From Armatimonadota bacterium (GTDB lineage: Bacteria; Armatimonadota; SYMT01), in NCBI GenBank assembly GCA_046292385.1, contig JBKBRF010000030.1, positions 12,063 to 76,062 of the forward strand: 64,000 nucleotides of DNA, read 5' to 3'. A program made the translations under genes and the position numbers. Of the stretch, positions 39,228 to 48,959 are shown piece after piece; position 1 is the first letter of the stretch, and the number at the start of each line of letters is the position of its first letter. The notes under the pieces are model-generated. The model was not told the origin of the DNA. It saw nothing but the letters and a program-made list of their open reading frames with translations, and did not search any database.

Positions 39228-39422
39228 TCACCACCAGATCAACAGCTGCAGTAGCTCCCACAGCCCCCGCGCAACGGAGCCGCAGCCGGGCCGCTCCCGG
39301 CGCTGGTGGTCGCGCCAGGTGACCGGCCGCAGCCACCACCAGAGCAGCAGCGCGAGGAGCGCGACGACGACCAGCGCCCCGGTCACGGCGAGGATCGGGC
39401 TGAGTTGGGTGACGGTGCTCAC
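39228..39422 (-). CDS. Small membrane protein
   Basis: 64-aa ORF with a strong TM helix, co-oriented with and 4 bp from the next gene. Confidence 0.45.
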   Translation of the reverse strand: MSTVTQLSPILAVTGALVVVALLALLLWWWLRPVTWRDHQRRERPGCGSVARGLWELLQLLIWW

Positions 39423-39620
39423 GATCGGTTAGCGGGTTCTTGGGTGGGGCGTCCGTCCGGTGGGGGAGAGGCGCTCTTGCTCGCGGTTGGAGACACCGAC
39501 TACCCCCGGCGCGCTACCCTGTCCGGCTCGCCGAGCCGGGCGGAAGCGACTTCACTGCGCAATGACGGGCCGGGCTCCGTTTGTAGAACGAGGCCCGGCG
39601 CTCGATGGTTGCGGTGTGGG

Positions 39621-41930
39621 TCAGGCGGCGTCGCGCGAGGCGCCCTGGCGGAGCTGTTCGAACAGCTCCGGATGCTGCTCCGGGCCGGCGGTCTGGGTGA
39701 CCACCACCTCCACCCGCACGCGCGCCTGGAGCGGGGGATAGCACTGGCTGTCGTCGCACGGCTGCATCGCGAGGGTGGCGATCAGCGGGTAGCGGCCCGG
39801 GGCCACCACTTCGGAGACTTCCAGCTCGGCGCCGAGCAGCACGCTGCCGGAGTAGACGGAGAGCGTCTCGTCGGCGAACGGGGCCTGCCAGTCGGTCCCC
39901 TTGGGGTAGGAGCCGGCTTCGAGCTGGAAGCCCTCCGGCATCTCCAGGCTGATCTGCGTCGGCATCAGGTAGTCCTGCTTCGGCCGGAAGCTGTTCAGGT
40001 GGTAGCCGTCGCGGATGTCGAGCCGGACGCCGATCCAGAAGCGGCTGCCTGGAGCGACCGACTTCCGCGAGAGGAAGACCTCCAGCCCCACCGCGTCGCC
40101 GCCCGGCACGCCGACCCCGTCCGGCCACTCCGCCAGGTACTCGTCCGCGGCGACCAGCATGTTGGGGAACGCCGGGCTCATCTCCGCCATCACCGGCGCG
40201 GAGCGGGAGAGGAGGTGGGCGGCGCGCTTCCGGTACTCCTCGTCGCCGGTGCTCTTCGCCGCGCGGATCAGGGCCAGCGCGGCCATCGAGTTGCCGGAGG
40301 GGGTGGCACCGTCCTGCAGGCTGTGGGTGCGGGTGATCAGCTCCTCGTGGTCGTGGCTGGTGAAGAAGTACGCGCCCGCCTCCGGGTCCCAGAACTGCTC
40401 GTCCATCCGCTTCAGCAGGGAGAGCGCAGCCTGACTCCACTCGCCCTCGCCGGTCACCTCGTGGAGGTCAAGGAGGGCGACCGCCAGGTAGGCGTAGTCT
40501 TCCAGGTAGGCGTTCAGGTGCGCCTTGCCCGCGCGGAACGAGCGCAGCAGCCGCTCGCCGTTCCGCATCGTGCCGAGCACGAACCGCGCGGCGGCCTCCG
40601 CGGCAGCGCGGTACCGCTCGTCCTGGAAGACGCGGTACCCCTCTGCGAACGCGCGGATCATCAGCCCGTTCCAGCCGGCAAGCACCTTGTCGTCCAGCAG
40701 CGGATGCACGCGCCGCTCCCGATGCTCCCAGAGGCGGGCGCGCAGCGCGGCCAGGCGGTGGTCGAGCTCCGGCGCAGTAGTGCCCAGCTCCGCCGCCCAC
40801 TCCTCCAGGCTGCGCGGGAGCAGGTTGGGGATCGAGCTGCCTTCGAAATTGCCGCCGGGGGTGATGTCGTAGATCCGGTTGAAGAGGGTGCCGTCGGCCT
40901 CGCCCAGGACCTCCACCACTTCTTCCGGACCCCACACGAAGAAATTGCCTTCCACGCCCTCGCTGTCGGCATCGGTGGCGGAGTAGAAGCCGCCGTCCGG
41001 GTGGGTCATCTCGCGGAGGACGTAGTCGAGGATCTCTCGCGCCACCCGGCCGTAGTACCACTCGCCAGTCTGCGCGTGCGCCAGCGCGTAGACGCGCGCC
41101 AGGAGCGCGTTGTCGTACAGCATCTTCTCGAAGTGGGGCACCAGCCACCGCTCGTCCACGCTGTAGCGGTGGAAGCCGCCGCCGACCTGGTCGTACATCC
41201 CGCCGCGCGCCATGCGGTCGAGCGTCTTGCGGACCATCGGCAGCAGGTGAGTATCGCCGCGGCGCCCCGCCCGCCGGAGGAGCAGCTCCAGGCGCATCGA
41301 GGGCGGGAACTTCGGCGCGCCGCCGAAGCCGCCGTGCTCCGCGTCGTAGGTGCCGGCGGTGACGCGGACCGCATTCTCCACCAGCTCGTCCTTGACGGCG
41401 CCCTGGCCTGCGGTGGCGGTGGAGTACTGGTGGATTGCCAGCGCCACGCGGCTGGCCTGGTCTTCCAGCTCCGGCCGCCGCTCGCGCCACGCGCGGGCGA
41501 TCTCCTGCAGCAGCGTCCCGAAGCCGGGGCGGCCCCACCGGTCCTCCGGCGGGAAGTAGGTGCCGGCGTAGAACGGGCGCAGGTCCGGGGTGAGGAAGAC
41601 CGACATCGGCCAGCCGCCGCTCTGGGTCATGAGCTGCGTCGCCGTCATGTAGATCTCGTCGAGGTCCGGCCGCTCCTCGCGGTCGACCTTGATCGAGACG
41701 AACTCCCGGTTCAGGATCTCGGCGATCGCCGGGTTCTCGAAGCTCTCCCGCTCCATCACGTGGCACCAGTGGCAGGCGGAGTAGCCGATGGAGAGGAAGA
41801 TCGGCCGGTTCTCCGCGCGCGCCCGCCCCAGCGCCTCCTCGCCCCACGGGTACCAGTCGACCGGGTTGTGCGCGTGCTGGAGCAGGTAGGGACTGGTCGA
41901 GTCGATTAGGCGGTTGGGCGATGCGGACAC
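39621..41930 (-). CDS. YyaL/SSP411-like thioredoxin-domain protein (DUF255) with C-terminal DsbD-N-like domain
   Basis: Motifs [47 protein letters not shown] and C-terminal [14 protein letters not shown] start after GAGG. Confidence 0.92.
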   Translation of the reverse strand: MSASPNRLIDSTSPYLLQHAHNPVDWYPWGEEALGRARAENRPIFLSIGYSACHWCHVMERESFENPAIAEILNREFVSIKVDREERPDLDEIYMTATQLMTQSGGWPMSVFLTPDLRPFYAGTYFPPEDRWGRPGFGTLLQEIARAWRERRPELEDQASRVALAIHQYSTATAGQGAVKDELVENAVRVTAGTYDAEHGGFGGAPKFPPSMRLELLLRRAGRRGDTHLLPMVRKTLDRMARGGMYDQVGGGFHRYSVDERWLVPHFEKMLYDNALLARVYALAHAQTGEWYYGRVAREILDYVLREMTHPDGGFYSATDADSEGVEGNFFVWGPEEVVEVLGEADGTLFNRIYDITPGGNFEGSSIPNLLPRSLEEWAAELGTTAPELDHRLAALRARLWEHRERRVHPLLDDKVLAGWNGLMIRAFAEGYRVFQDERYRAAAEAAARFVLGTMRNGERLLRSFRAGKAHLNAYLEDYAYLAVALLDLHEVTGEGEWSQAALSLLKRMDEQFWDPEAGAYFFTSHDHEELITRTHSLQDGATPSGNSMAALALIRAAKSTGDEEYRKRAAHLLSRSAPVMAEMSPAFPNMLVAADEYLAEWPDGVGVPGGDAVGLEVFLSRKSVAPGSRFWIGVRLDIRDGYHLNSFRPKQDYLMPTQISLEMPEGFQLEAGSYPKGTDWQAPFADETLSVYSGSVLLGAELEVSEVVAPGRYPLIATLAMQPCDDSQCYPPLQARVRVEVVVTQTAGPEQHPELFEQLRQGASRDAA

Positions 41931-41985
41931 GGGAGGTTCCTCTGGCTCTCGTCGGCAGTGGGTCGAGATCGGCGGCTGCGGTGCG

Positions 41986-42273
41986 AAGTATTCCGTATCG
42001 CGTATCGCGTATCGTCGTCGGCTTCCTTTTACCGCTGGCGTCGTGCCGGGCGGAGGGGATGGCGGCCCCTGGTCACCGGCGGCGTGCTCCGGCATGAGCT
42101 ACCCGCGCCAGTGCGAGGATACTCCACTTCCCGCGGGGGGGAGGCGGGTTCGACGGAGAAAAGGGGGCGAAGAGGCGCTGCGCCCGGCACGACGTTCGCG
42201 GGGAGCGGCCGAGGCGGGCCGCTACGGAATACGCGATACGGAATACGCGATTAAGCGATACGGAATACGCGCT
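41986..42273. repeat. Heptamer (CGTATCG / ATACGCG) inverted tandem-repeat element
   Basis: gtattccgtatcgcgtatcgcgtatcg (~41988-42015) and the complementary tacggaatacgcgatacggaatacgcg...atacggaatacgc (~42223-42272). Confidence 0.85.
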
Positions 42274-44149
42274 ATGCCCCGCAGGCGGCGAAGGAGCGGG
42301 TCTCTTCCAGGGCGCGGCGGATCTCTTCCGGCGCGGCGGGCTTGACCAGGTGGAGGTCGAAGCCGGCTTCGCGGGCGGCGGCGACGTCCCGCTCCTGGCC
42401 GTAGCCGGTCAGCGCGATCAGCCGCAGCTCCGCGCCGCGCTCCTGCCGCAGGCGGCGGGCGACTTCGTAGCCGTCCACGCCCGGGAGACCGATGTCGACG
42501 ATGGCGAGGTCCGGCTGCTCCGAACGGGCAACGGTGAGTCCTTCCGAGCCGGTGCGGGCCACGCAGGGGCGGTAGCCCCACATCTCCAGCATCTCCGCCA
42601 GCGTCTCCGCGGCGTCGACGTTGTCTTCCACCACCAGGACCTTGAGACGGCGGTCGCCGGAGCCGTCGCTCCTCGAGACGCTCGGTGCCGGTTCCGGGGA
42701 CTGCGCCAGCGGGAGGTAGGCGCGGAACTCGCTGCCGCGGCCCGGGCCTTCACTCCGGACCTCCACCCGCCCTCCGTGCAGCTCCAGCAGGCTCTTCACC
42801 AGCGTGAGGCCGATGCCGAGCCCGCCCTGGCTGTGGGCGAGCGACTCGTCTGCCTGGACGAATAGCTCGAACACCTTCGGGAGCAGCTCCGGGCTGATGC
42901 CGACGCCGTTGTCCTTCACGGTCAGCACCGCCTGCCCGCCGTCCCGCTCGAGCCGCACTTCGATCCGCCCGCCCGCGGGCGTGTACTTGGCCGCATTCGT
43001 GAGGAGGTTGGAGAAGACCTGCTCGACGCGGACCCGGTCGACCCTGGCCGGCACCGGGGTGGAGCAGATCAGCTCCCGCAGCTGGTGGTCGCCCGCCTGG
43101 ACCAGCGGATGCGCCGTATCGAGCGCGCTGCGCAGCACGTCGCGCAGGTCCACCACCTCCGGGCGCAGCTCCACCACGCCCCGCGTGATGCGGGAGACGT
43201 CGAGGAGATCGTCGACCAGCCGCTTCAGGTGGTGCGACTGGCGGCCGATCACGCCGAGATAGCGGCTCAGCTCCGGGTCGTTCTGCAGCCGGCGGTCGAG
43301 CACGTAGTGCGCGTTGGTGATCGAGGCGAGCGGGTTCCGCAGCTCGTGCGCCAGCATCGCGAGGAACTGGTCCTTGCGCCGGTTCGCCTCTTCCTCCGCC
43401 TCGTAGAGCCGGGCCACCTTCTCCGCCATCTCTCGCTCGCGCCGCACCGTTTCTATATAGGCGGTGTAGCCGCGGAAGCCGAGGAAGAGACACGGCAGCA
43501 GCAGGAGCGCGGCGGGCCCGGTGAGGAGGTACGTGCCCCAGACCCCGGCCGCCGCCGCCGCGCAGCCGAAGTAGGCCGGCGCGGTCCAGAGATAGTGCTC
43601 CCGCCAGACCTCCAGCGGCGGCTGCTCCTGCTCCAGCGCGATCGCGGTGGCCACCCCCAGCGTGTTCAGACAGAAGTAGACCGCCGTGAAGAGGAGCACG
43701 CCGCAGAGCAGGCCGAGCTCCCCCGCGGGAAGCAGGGGCGCCGCGGTCCACGCGCCGAGCGCCGCCGCGCCGCTCACCAGGGCGCAGTGGGCTCCATTGA
43801 AGACCCGCCGGTACATCGGCTGTACCACCCAGCGGAAGCGGCCCTCCGCGTCCCGCCGGATCAGGTGGGTGGAGGTGGCGCCCAGGGCGGCGCAGGCCAT
43901 CGCCACCCAGGCCGGCTGCAGGAGGAACGCCAGGCAGACGACCGCGAAGACGAGACTCTGCTTCCCCCGCAGGATGGTGAGCTGGACCTTCCACGTCCCG
44001 GCGATGAACGATGCCAGCAGGAGCACGACCGCGGTGATGCCGTCCACCGCCTGCGGCTGGCGCAGCGCGGCCCAGAGCACCGGCGCCAGCAGGAGCACCT
44101 GGGCCGCCACGTAGGTCTGCAGCCGTATCGGGAGCTTACTGAAGCTCAC
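42272..44149 (-). CDS. Membrane-bound hybrid histidine kinase (multi-TM sensor + HisKA + HATPase + REC)
   Basis: About 6-7 TM segments, LAHELRNPL, NAAKYT, GGLGIGL and receiver VLVVEDN/DIGLP. Confidence 0.92.
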   Translation of the reverse strand: MSFSKLPIRLQTYVAAQVLLLAPVLWAALRQPQAVDGITAVVLLLASFIAGTWKVQLTILRGKQSLVFAVVCLAFLLQPAWVAMACAALGATSTHLIRRDAEGRFRWVVQPMYRRVFNGAHCALVSGAAALGAWTAAPLLPAGELGLLCGVLLFTAVYFCLNTLGVATAIALEQEQPPLEVWREHYLWTAPAYFGCAAAAAGVWGTYLLTGPAALLLLPCLFLGFRGYTAYIETVRREREMAEKVARLYEAEEEANRRKDQFLAMLAHELRNPLASITNAHYVLDRRLQNDPELSRYLGVIGRQSHHLKRLVDDLLDVSRITRGVVELRPEVVDLRDVLRSALDTAHPLVQAGDHQLRELICSTPVPARVDRVRVEQVFSNLLTNAAKYTPAGGRIEVRLERDGGQAVLTVKDNGVGISPELLPKVFELFVQADESLAHSQGGLGIGLTLVKSLLELHGGRVEVRSEGPGRGSEFRAYLPLAQSPEPAPSVSRSDGSGDRRLKVLVVEDNVDAAETLAEMLEMWGYRPCVARTGSEGLTVARSEQPDLAIVDIGLPGVDGYEVARRLRQERGAELRLIALTGYGQERDVAAAREAGFDLHLVKPAAPEEIRRALEETRSFAACGA

Positions 44150-44184
44150 TTCATCTCCATCGGTTCGGGAGGCGGAGCGTGCGG

Positions 44185-45921
44185 TCAGAGCTCGACCGAG
44201 TGCATCGGCGCGTCGCCGACCGCCAGCACGTCGTCGTCACCCCAGGTCGACTGGTCGCCCCAGAGGCCGCCATCGTTCCACGCAGCCTGGTTGCTCCACG
44301 CCGCCTGCTGCTCCGCCACGCCGTTGCTCTGCGAGGTGACCGCGCCGGTCCAGGTGGTGGAGGCGCCCCAGAAGAGCTGCGGGCTCCAGGCTTGCTGGCG
44401 GTAGCCGAAGAGGTCGTTACCCGAGAGGACGCGATCCGCCCAGTACAGGTTCCGATTCCATGAGAAGGTACGGGCATTGATCGTACTGGAGTAGGTGGGC
44501 GCGGCCGTCTGCCAGTAGGCGCCCGCTGACGCGCCATGGCTCACGCAGCCCGCCAGCGCCAGCGCGCCGACCACGTTCAGGCTGCCCGCTCCTTGAGTGA
44601 CGGTGGAAAGCCCGGACGGGAGCGGATAGCCCCAGGAGTCGGTTACGGGGAGCCGCTCCGCCGTAAAGGTGAGCAGCCCCTTGACGGTGTTCGGGTCGAG
44701 GGCAGGATAGGCCTGGAGCAGCAGCGCCGCGGCGCCCGACGCCTGCGGCGCCGCGAAGCTGGTGCCGGAGAGCCTGAAGTAGTCGACGGTCGACGGCGTC
44801 GAGCCGTCCGCATCGACCCGGTTGTTCGGAAGCTGGGCGTCGAGGTACGACCCCGGCGCGCGGACGGAGACGATTCGGTTCCCCGGCGCCACCAGGTCCG
44901 GCTTCGCCCAGTGGTCCAGGTACGTCGGGCCGCGGCTGCTGAAGCTGGCGACCCGATCGTCGCCCCGCGTGCCGGTCTCCATCGTGTTCAGCGCGCCGAC
45001 GGTGAGCGCCGCCGGCTCGTTGCCGGGGCTCGAGATGCCGCCGTAGACGGTTTGCCCGTTGGCGTTCTTCCCCTTGTTCCCGGCGGAGCAGACCACCACC
45101 AGCCCCGCGGAGACCGCCCGCCGCACCGCGGCGCAGAGCGGGTCGGTCGTGGTGCTCTCGCCGGGCCGCTGCCCCAGCGACAGGTTGACGACGCGCAGGT
45201 TGTAGGCGGCCCGGTTCGTCACACACCAGTCGAGACCGGCGATCACCGTGCTGGTGTAGCCGGAGCCGTTCTGCCCCAGCACCTTCACCGCTACGAGGTC
45301 CGCGTCCGGGGCGATGCCGCGGATCGACTGGTTGGACGCGGCGCCGCTGCCCAGCAGCGCCCCCGCCACGTGGGTGCCGTGCCCGTTGTCGTCGTACGGC
45401 GCCGTGTAGCCGTTGATCAGGTCCTTCCAGCCCACGACGCGGCTGGTGGAGGTGCCCCAGCGGTTCCACTCCGCCGTGTTGCTCACCACGCCGGAATCGA
45501 GCACCGCCACGCGCACGCCGGTGCCGCCGTAGCCCGGACTGGCCCAGACCTGGTGCGCGCCGACCGTCTGGTGATCGTAGTCATTCTGGCGCACCACCAG
45601 GCGATCGGGGGAAACCCACGCCACCGCGGAATCGAGCGCCAGCTCGTCGATGAAAGTGAGGGGGATCGAAAGGACGGCCGCCTGGATACCGGGGAGCCGC
45701 GCGATCGAGAGCCCACCGTAGGCGAGAGCGAGGAGAGACGGGCTCACGTTCGGCCGCGCGAGCTGCACGATCACCCGGCGCGGCGTGAGATCGAGCGGCC
45801 GGCTCTGCAGCTCGGAGTGCAGGTCCGGAGCGATCCCCCCGGCCGACGCCGGGCCCGCCGCGCCTAGGCAGAGGAGCGCCATCCACAGCAGGCGCGGCTG
45901 AATTCTGAGCAGGGCCTTCAT
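44185..45921 (-). CDS. Secreted S8 subtilisin-like serine protease (AprX-like) with Trp-repeat C-terminus
   Basis: Signal peptide, catalytic triad VAVLDSG, NGHGTHVAG and SGTSFAAP, SFSSRGPT, and a tail QAWS/LFWG/TTWT/AAWS/AAWN/GLWG/STWG. Confidence 0.93.
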   Translation of the reverse strand: MKALLRIQPRLLWMALLCLGAAGPASAGGIAPDLHSELQSRPLDLTPRRVIVQLARPNVSPSLLALAYGGLSIARLPGIQAAVLSIPLTFIDELALDSAVAWVSPDRLVVRQNDYDHQTVGAHQVWASPGYGGTGVRVAVLDSGVVSNTAEWNRWGTSTSRVVGWKDLINGYTAPYDDNGHGTHVAGALLGSGAASNQSIRGIAPDADLVAVKVLGQNGSGYTSTVIAGLDWCVTNRAAYNLRVVNLSLGQRPGESTTTDPLCAAVRRAVSAGLVVVCSAGNKGKNANGQTVYGGISSPGNEPAALTVGALNTMETGTRGDDRVASFSSRGPTYLDHWAKPDLVAPGNRIVSVRAPGSYLDAQLPNNRVDADGSTPSTVDYFRLSGTSFAAPQASGAAALLLQAYPALDPNTVKGLLTFTAERLPVTDSWGYPLPSGLSTVTQGAGSLNVVGALALAGCVSHGASAGAYWQTAAPTYSSTINARTFSWNRNLYWADRVLSGNDLFGYRQQAWSPQLFWGASTTWTGAVTSQSNGVAEQQAAWSNQAAWNDGGLWGDQSTWGDDDVLAVGDAPMHSVEL

Positions 45922-46216
45922 ACCGTCTCCTCCCTGCCAACGCAGGTAGACGCCTCGGATCTCTCCCTCTTGATCCAGATGGTGCCAGGCAGGGAGAGCT
46001 TCATCAGGGTGCTTTTCCGACCACCAAACGAGAGCCAGTGGCTCTTGGTAGAAAAGAGCTCGAAGGGCGAGCGACAGAGCGCACTCAAAGTTACCCCTGA
46101 AGGCGCAGGCTCAATCGTGCGGCGCAAGAGTAAGGGCCGCCCCCGCGGGGGCGGCCCGGAGTGGAGAGCGAGTTGGAAGCGACCGCGAGAGGCGGTCGCC
46201 CACGGGGTGGCGTGGA

Positions 46217-46897
46217 CTAACCCGCGCCGGCTCCCGCGGTCTCCTCGGCTTCCTCCGCTTCCTCCTCGGTAGTCACCGCTTCGGCTGCCGCGTGCGCCGC
46301 TTCTTCGGCGTCGAGCGCCGCTTCCACGTCGGCCGGGATGCTCGGCGCGTTCACGGTAGCGACCGGCAGATCCGGATCCTTGGTCGGCTCTACGCCCTCC
46401 GGCAGACCGAGGTCCGCGATGCGGATGGCGGTGCCCGCCTCGCACTCTGCGACGTTGACGGTGATCATCGTCGGGAGCAGGTCCGCGCGACCCGTCACCT
46501 CGAGCTCCGTCATCTGGCGCTCCAGCACCAGATGGTTCGCGATCACCTCGTCCTCACCCACGAAGGTGACCGGGACGGTGGAGCGGATCGTCTCCCGCAT
46601 GTCGATCCGCTGGAAGCCGATCGTGGTTACCCGTCCCGTCACGCCGTCTCGATCCAGCTCCCGGATCAGGGCGGGGGTCGACTCGCCGTTCACCTGCAGC
46701 TCCACGATGCCGCCGGGCGCGTGGTAGCGGAGGAAATCGGAGAGGGTCCGCTCGGAGAGCTGGATCAGCCTCGGATCTCCGTGGCCGAAGAGCGATCCGG
46801 GCACGTACCCGTCCCGACGGAGGCGTTTCAGGTCGGACTTGCGGCCGGTCGGCTGCCGCGGCTCCGCGGCGATATGGGGTCTGGTCTGGCTTGCCAT
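46217..46897 (-). CDS. rplY: 50S ribosomal protein L25 / Ctc
   Basis: Motifs KRLRRDGYVPGSLFG, VPVTFVG and IRIADL.LPEGV, with an acidic tail and a GGAAG RBS. Confidence 0.9.
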   Translation of the reverse strand: MASQTRPHIAAEPRQPTGRKSDLKRLRRDGYVPGSLFGHGDPRLIQLSERTLSDFLRYHAPGGIVELQVNGESTPALIRELDRDGVTGRVTTIGFQRIDMRETIRSTVPVTFVGEDEVIANHLVLERQMTELEVTGRADLLPTMITVNVAECEAGTAIRIADLGLPEGVEPTKDPDLPVATVNAPSIPADVEAALDAEEAAHAAAEAVTTEEEAEEAEETAGAGAG

Positions 46898-47037
46898 ACT
46901 CTTCCTTCCTGCGGTGGGGCAACACCTCATGATTGCCGCACCCGCTGTTTGCCAAACTTGCGGGTTCCGCGCGGGGAGGTGGGGCGCTCGGACGTGGCGG
47001 GTGTGGGCGCGGGCGGCGGCAGGCTGGCGAGAGGCTG

Positions 47038-47191
47038 GCGTATTGCGTATTCCGTATTGCGTAGCGGCGGGCCTGCTGCGCTCTGCGGGTCATCCTGCCG
47101 GGCGAAACGCTGCGGGCAAGCGCCCGCCCGGCACGATGTCCTGGAACCGAGGTAGCGGCTGTCCGCTACGCAATACGCGATACGCGATACG
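47038..47191. repeat. Heptamer CGTATTG / ATACGCG-family inverted tandem-repeat element
   Basis: gcgtattgcgtattccgtattgcgtagcgg ... ccgctacgcaatacgcgatacgcgatacg. Confidence 0.85.
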
Positions 47192-47214
47192 TCCCACCCG
47201 CAGCCGAGTACGAG

Positions 47215-48693
47215 CTACGGGATCCGCCGATAGACGTAGAAGACGAACGGCTGGCGGTCGCGCGGGCGGCGGTACCGGAAGGTGCGCACCCGCGCGTATT
47301 GCTGCTCCCACTCGGGTCCGGCGGCGCTGGTGACGTTCTCCAGCTCTCGGGGGCGCAGGACGATCCACTCCGGCTGCCGGGTGCGGGCAATCTCCCAGAG
47401 GGGGGAGGGGCCGCCGCGCCGCCAGTAGGGGATTACCTCCGGCGAGACGAGGCCGATCACGTCGAGGATCCGGCGCCCGGAGAAGTAGCCGGCGTATCCG
47501 ATCGGCTCCAGCATGATCGTCTCGCCCGGCGCGACCTGCTCCCGCAGCCAGAGCGCCATCGGCTTTCGGAGCCGGTCCTCGATGAGCTGCGTGGTGCGAG
47601 CGGCGTGGTAGCTCCAGCCGACCAGCCCCACCGCCAGGACCGCGGCCGCCGTTCCCGCGAGCAGCCGGCCGGCGGCGGGCGGCTGCCGGCGGCACAGCGG
47701 CTCCGCGGCCGTGACGATCCCGATTCCTACCAGCAGGTCGTGCACTGGCAGCGGAGGGACGAGATACCACTCGAAAACCGGCACCCGCACGGCGGCGGCG
47801 ATGGCGCCCAGGTAGAGGAGGGCCCAGGCCAGCGGCGGAAGCAGCGCCCAGCTCCGGGCGGCGACCACCTGCCGCAGCCCGATCAGCGCCACCAGGTGTG
47901 CGGCCAGATAGGCCGGCTCCACCAGCCGCGTGAGCACCCCTCTCGTACCGGGGAACAGCTCCAGCGCGCCCGGCCAGTTGTAGACGGTCATCTTCGCCGC
48001 CGCGGTGCCGGGGAGCGGCGAGCCGAAGTAGAGAGTCGCGAACGCGAGCCACGGCGCCGCGAGCACGAGGAAGAGCGCCAGTCCGCGCCACGGAATCCGC
48101 CGCTCCCGGATCGTGAAGGCGACGGTGACGGCTCCCGCCAGCAGCGCGCCGTCCCAGCGCAGGAGGAAGAGGGCGGCGAGCAGCGCATAGGCCGGCAGCT
48201 CCCGCCGGTGGGTGTACGCCAGCCAGGCGGCGGCCCCACAGAGCGCGACGAGCGAGGTCTCCATCCCGGAGACCGCCCAGCGGATGTGGAGCGGGTGCAC
48301 GGCGATCCAGAACGCGGCGGCCCGCCCCGCGCGCTCCCATCCCAGTGCGGTGAGCCAGCGGTACGCCACCAGGCAGAGGGCGCCGTCCGCCGCGATGTTG
48401 AGCGCCTTTCCAACGTACAGCGCCGGCGCGCCGAGCCACGACGCCACCGCCAGCAGCAGGGTGTAGAGCGGGGTGGTGGTCCCCAGCACCCGCTCTCCCG
48501 GGTTGTAGACAAAGCCGAGCCCGTGCGCCAGGTTTTCCGCGTAGCGCAGCGTGATGAGCGCATCCTCGTTGGTGAAGTGCGTTCCCCACGCCACCCCCAC
48601 CCGAACCAGCACCGCCAGCGCGGCCAGCACCCACACCAGCGGCGGGATGAGAGGGGAGGAGGGGGCAGTCGGCTCCGGAGAAGGTTGGCTCAT
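47215..48693 (-). CDS. GT-C-fold integral membrane glycosyltransferase-like protein
   Basis: EDALITLRYAENLAHGLGFVYNPGERVLGTTTPLYTLLL, SGMET, RWDG and D..GLVSP motifs, with many TM helices. Confidence 0.8.
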   Translation of the reverse strand: MSQPSPEPTAPSSPLIPPLVWVLAALAVLVRVGVAWGTHFTNEDALITLRYAENLAHGLGFVYNPGERVLGTTTPLYTLLLAVASWLGAPALYVGKALNIAADGALCLVAYRWLTALGWERAGRAAAFWIAVHPLHIRWAVSGMETSLVALCGAAAWLAYTHRRELPAYALLAALFLLRWDGALLAGAVTVAFTIRERRIPWRGLALFLVLAAPWLAFATLYFGSPLPGTAAAKMTVYNWPGALELFPGTRGVLTRLVEPAYLAAHLVALIGLRQVVAARSWALLPPLAWALLYLGAIAAAVRVPVFEWYLVPPLPVHDLLVGIGIVTAAEPLCRRQPPAAGRLLAGTAAAVLAVGLVGWSYHAARTTQLIEDRLRKPMALWLREQVAPGETIMLEPIGYAGYFSGRRILDVIGLVSPEVIPYWRRGGPSPLWEIARTRQPEWIVLRPRELENVTSAAGPEWEQQYARVRTFRYRRPRDRQPFVFYVYRRIP

Positions 48694-48810
48694 GAAAAAA
48701 GGTAGCGGGAGCTTGCCGGCTCTGCGGCCAGGGGTGGGGCAGCTCGAGTGGGCGGGAGGCGTTTTTTGCGGAAGCGCTCGCCCGGTGAAGGATTTTCCCG
48801 CCGCCAGGAA

Positions 48811-48839
48811 GGAACACCACTGAAGAGCCGCCAGTCCAA
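48811..48839 (+). promoter_or_regulatory. Possible ECF (sigmaE-like) promoter
   Basis: GGAAC-N18-GTCCAA upstream of an outer-membrane protein gene. Motif match only. Confidence 0.3.
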
Positions 48840-48959
48840 TGGCTGGTAGCCTGTTACCTGGTTCCCCACGCCCGGACCAAGTTTAGAGGCAACCCACCCC
48901 GCACGTCCGGCCGGCTCCGGCGTCCGCCCCGCCGTCCGCTGCCCCGAGAGCTCCACTCG

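Noticed and set aside
45918..46004. 28-aa upstream ORF (MKLSLPGTIW...) overlapping the S8 start by ATGA
   Set aside because: No clear RBS or recognisable peptide features, so it cannot be distinguished from chance.
45945..46015. Hammerhead-like CTGATGA followed by a stem (ctctccct/agggagag) on the minus strand upstream of the S8 gene
   Set aside because: The required GAAA after stem II and closing stems I and III are not present.
46134..46157. Perfect 24-bp palindrome GGGCCGCCCCCGCGGGGGCGGCCC
   Set aside because: It is single-copy, all GC and lies downstream of rplY beside another hairpin, so it is most simply a terminator-like structure or chance.
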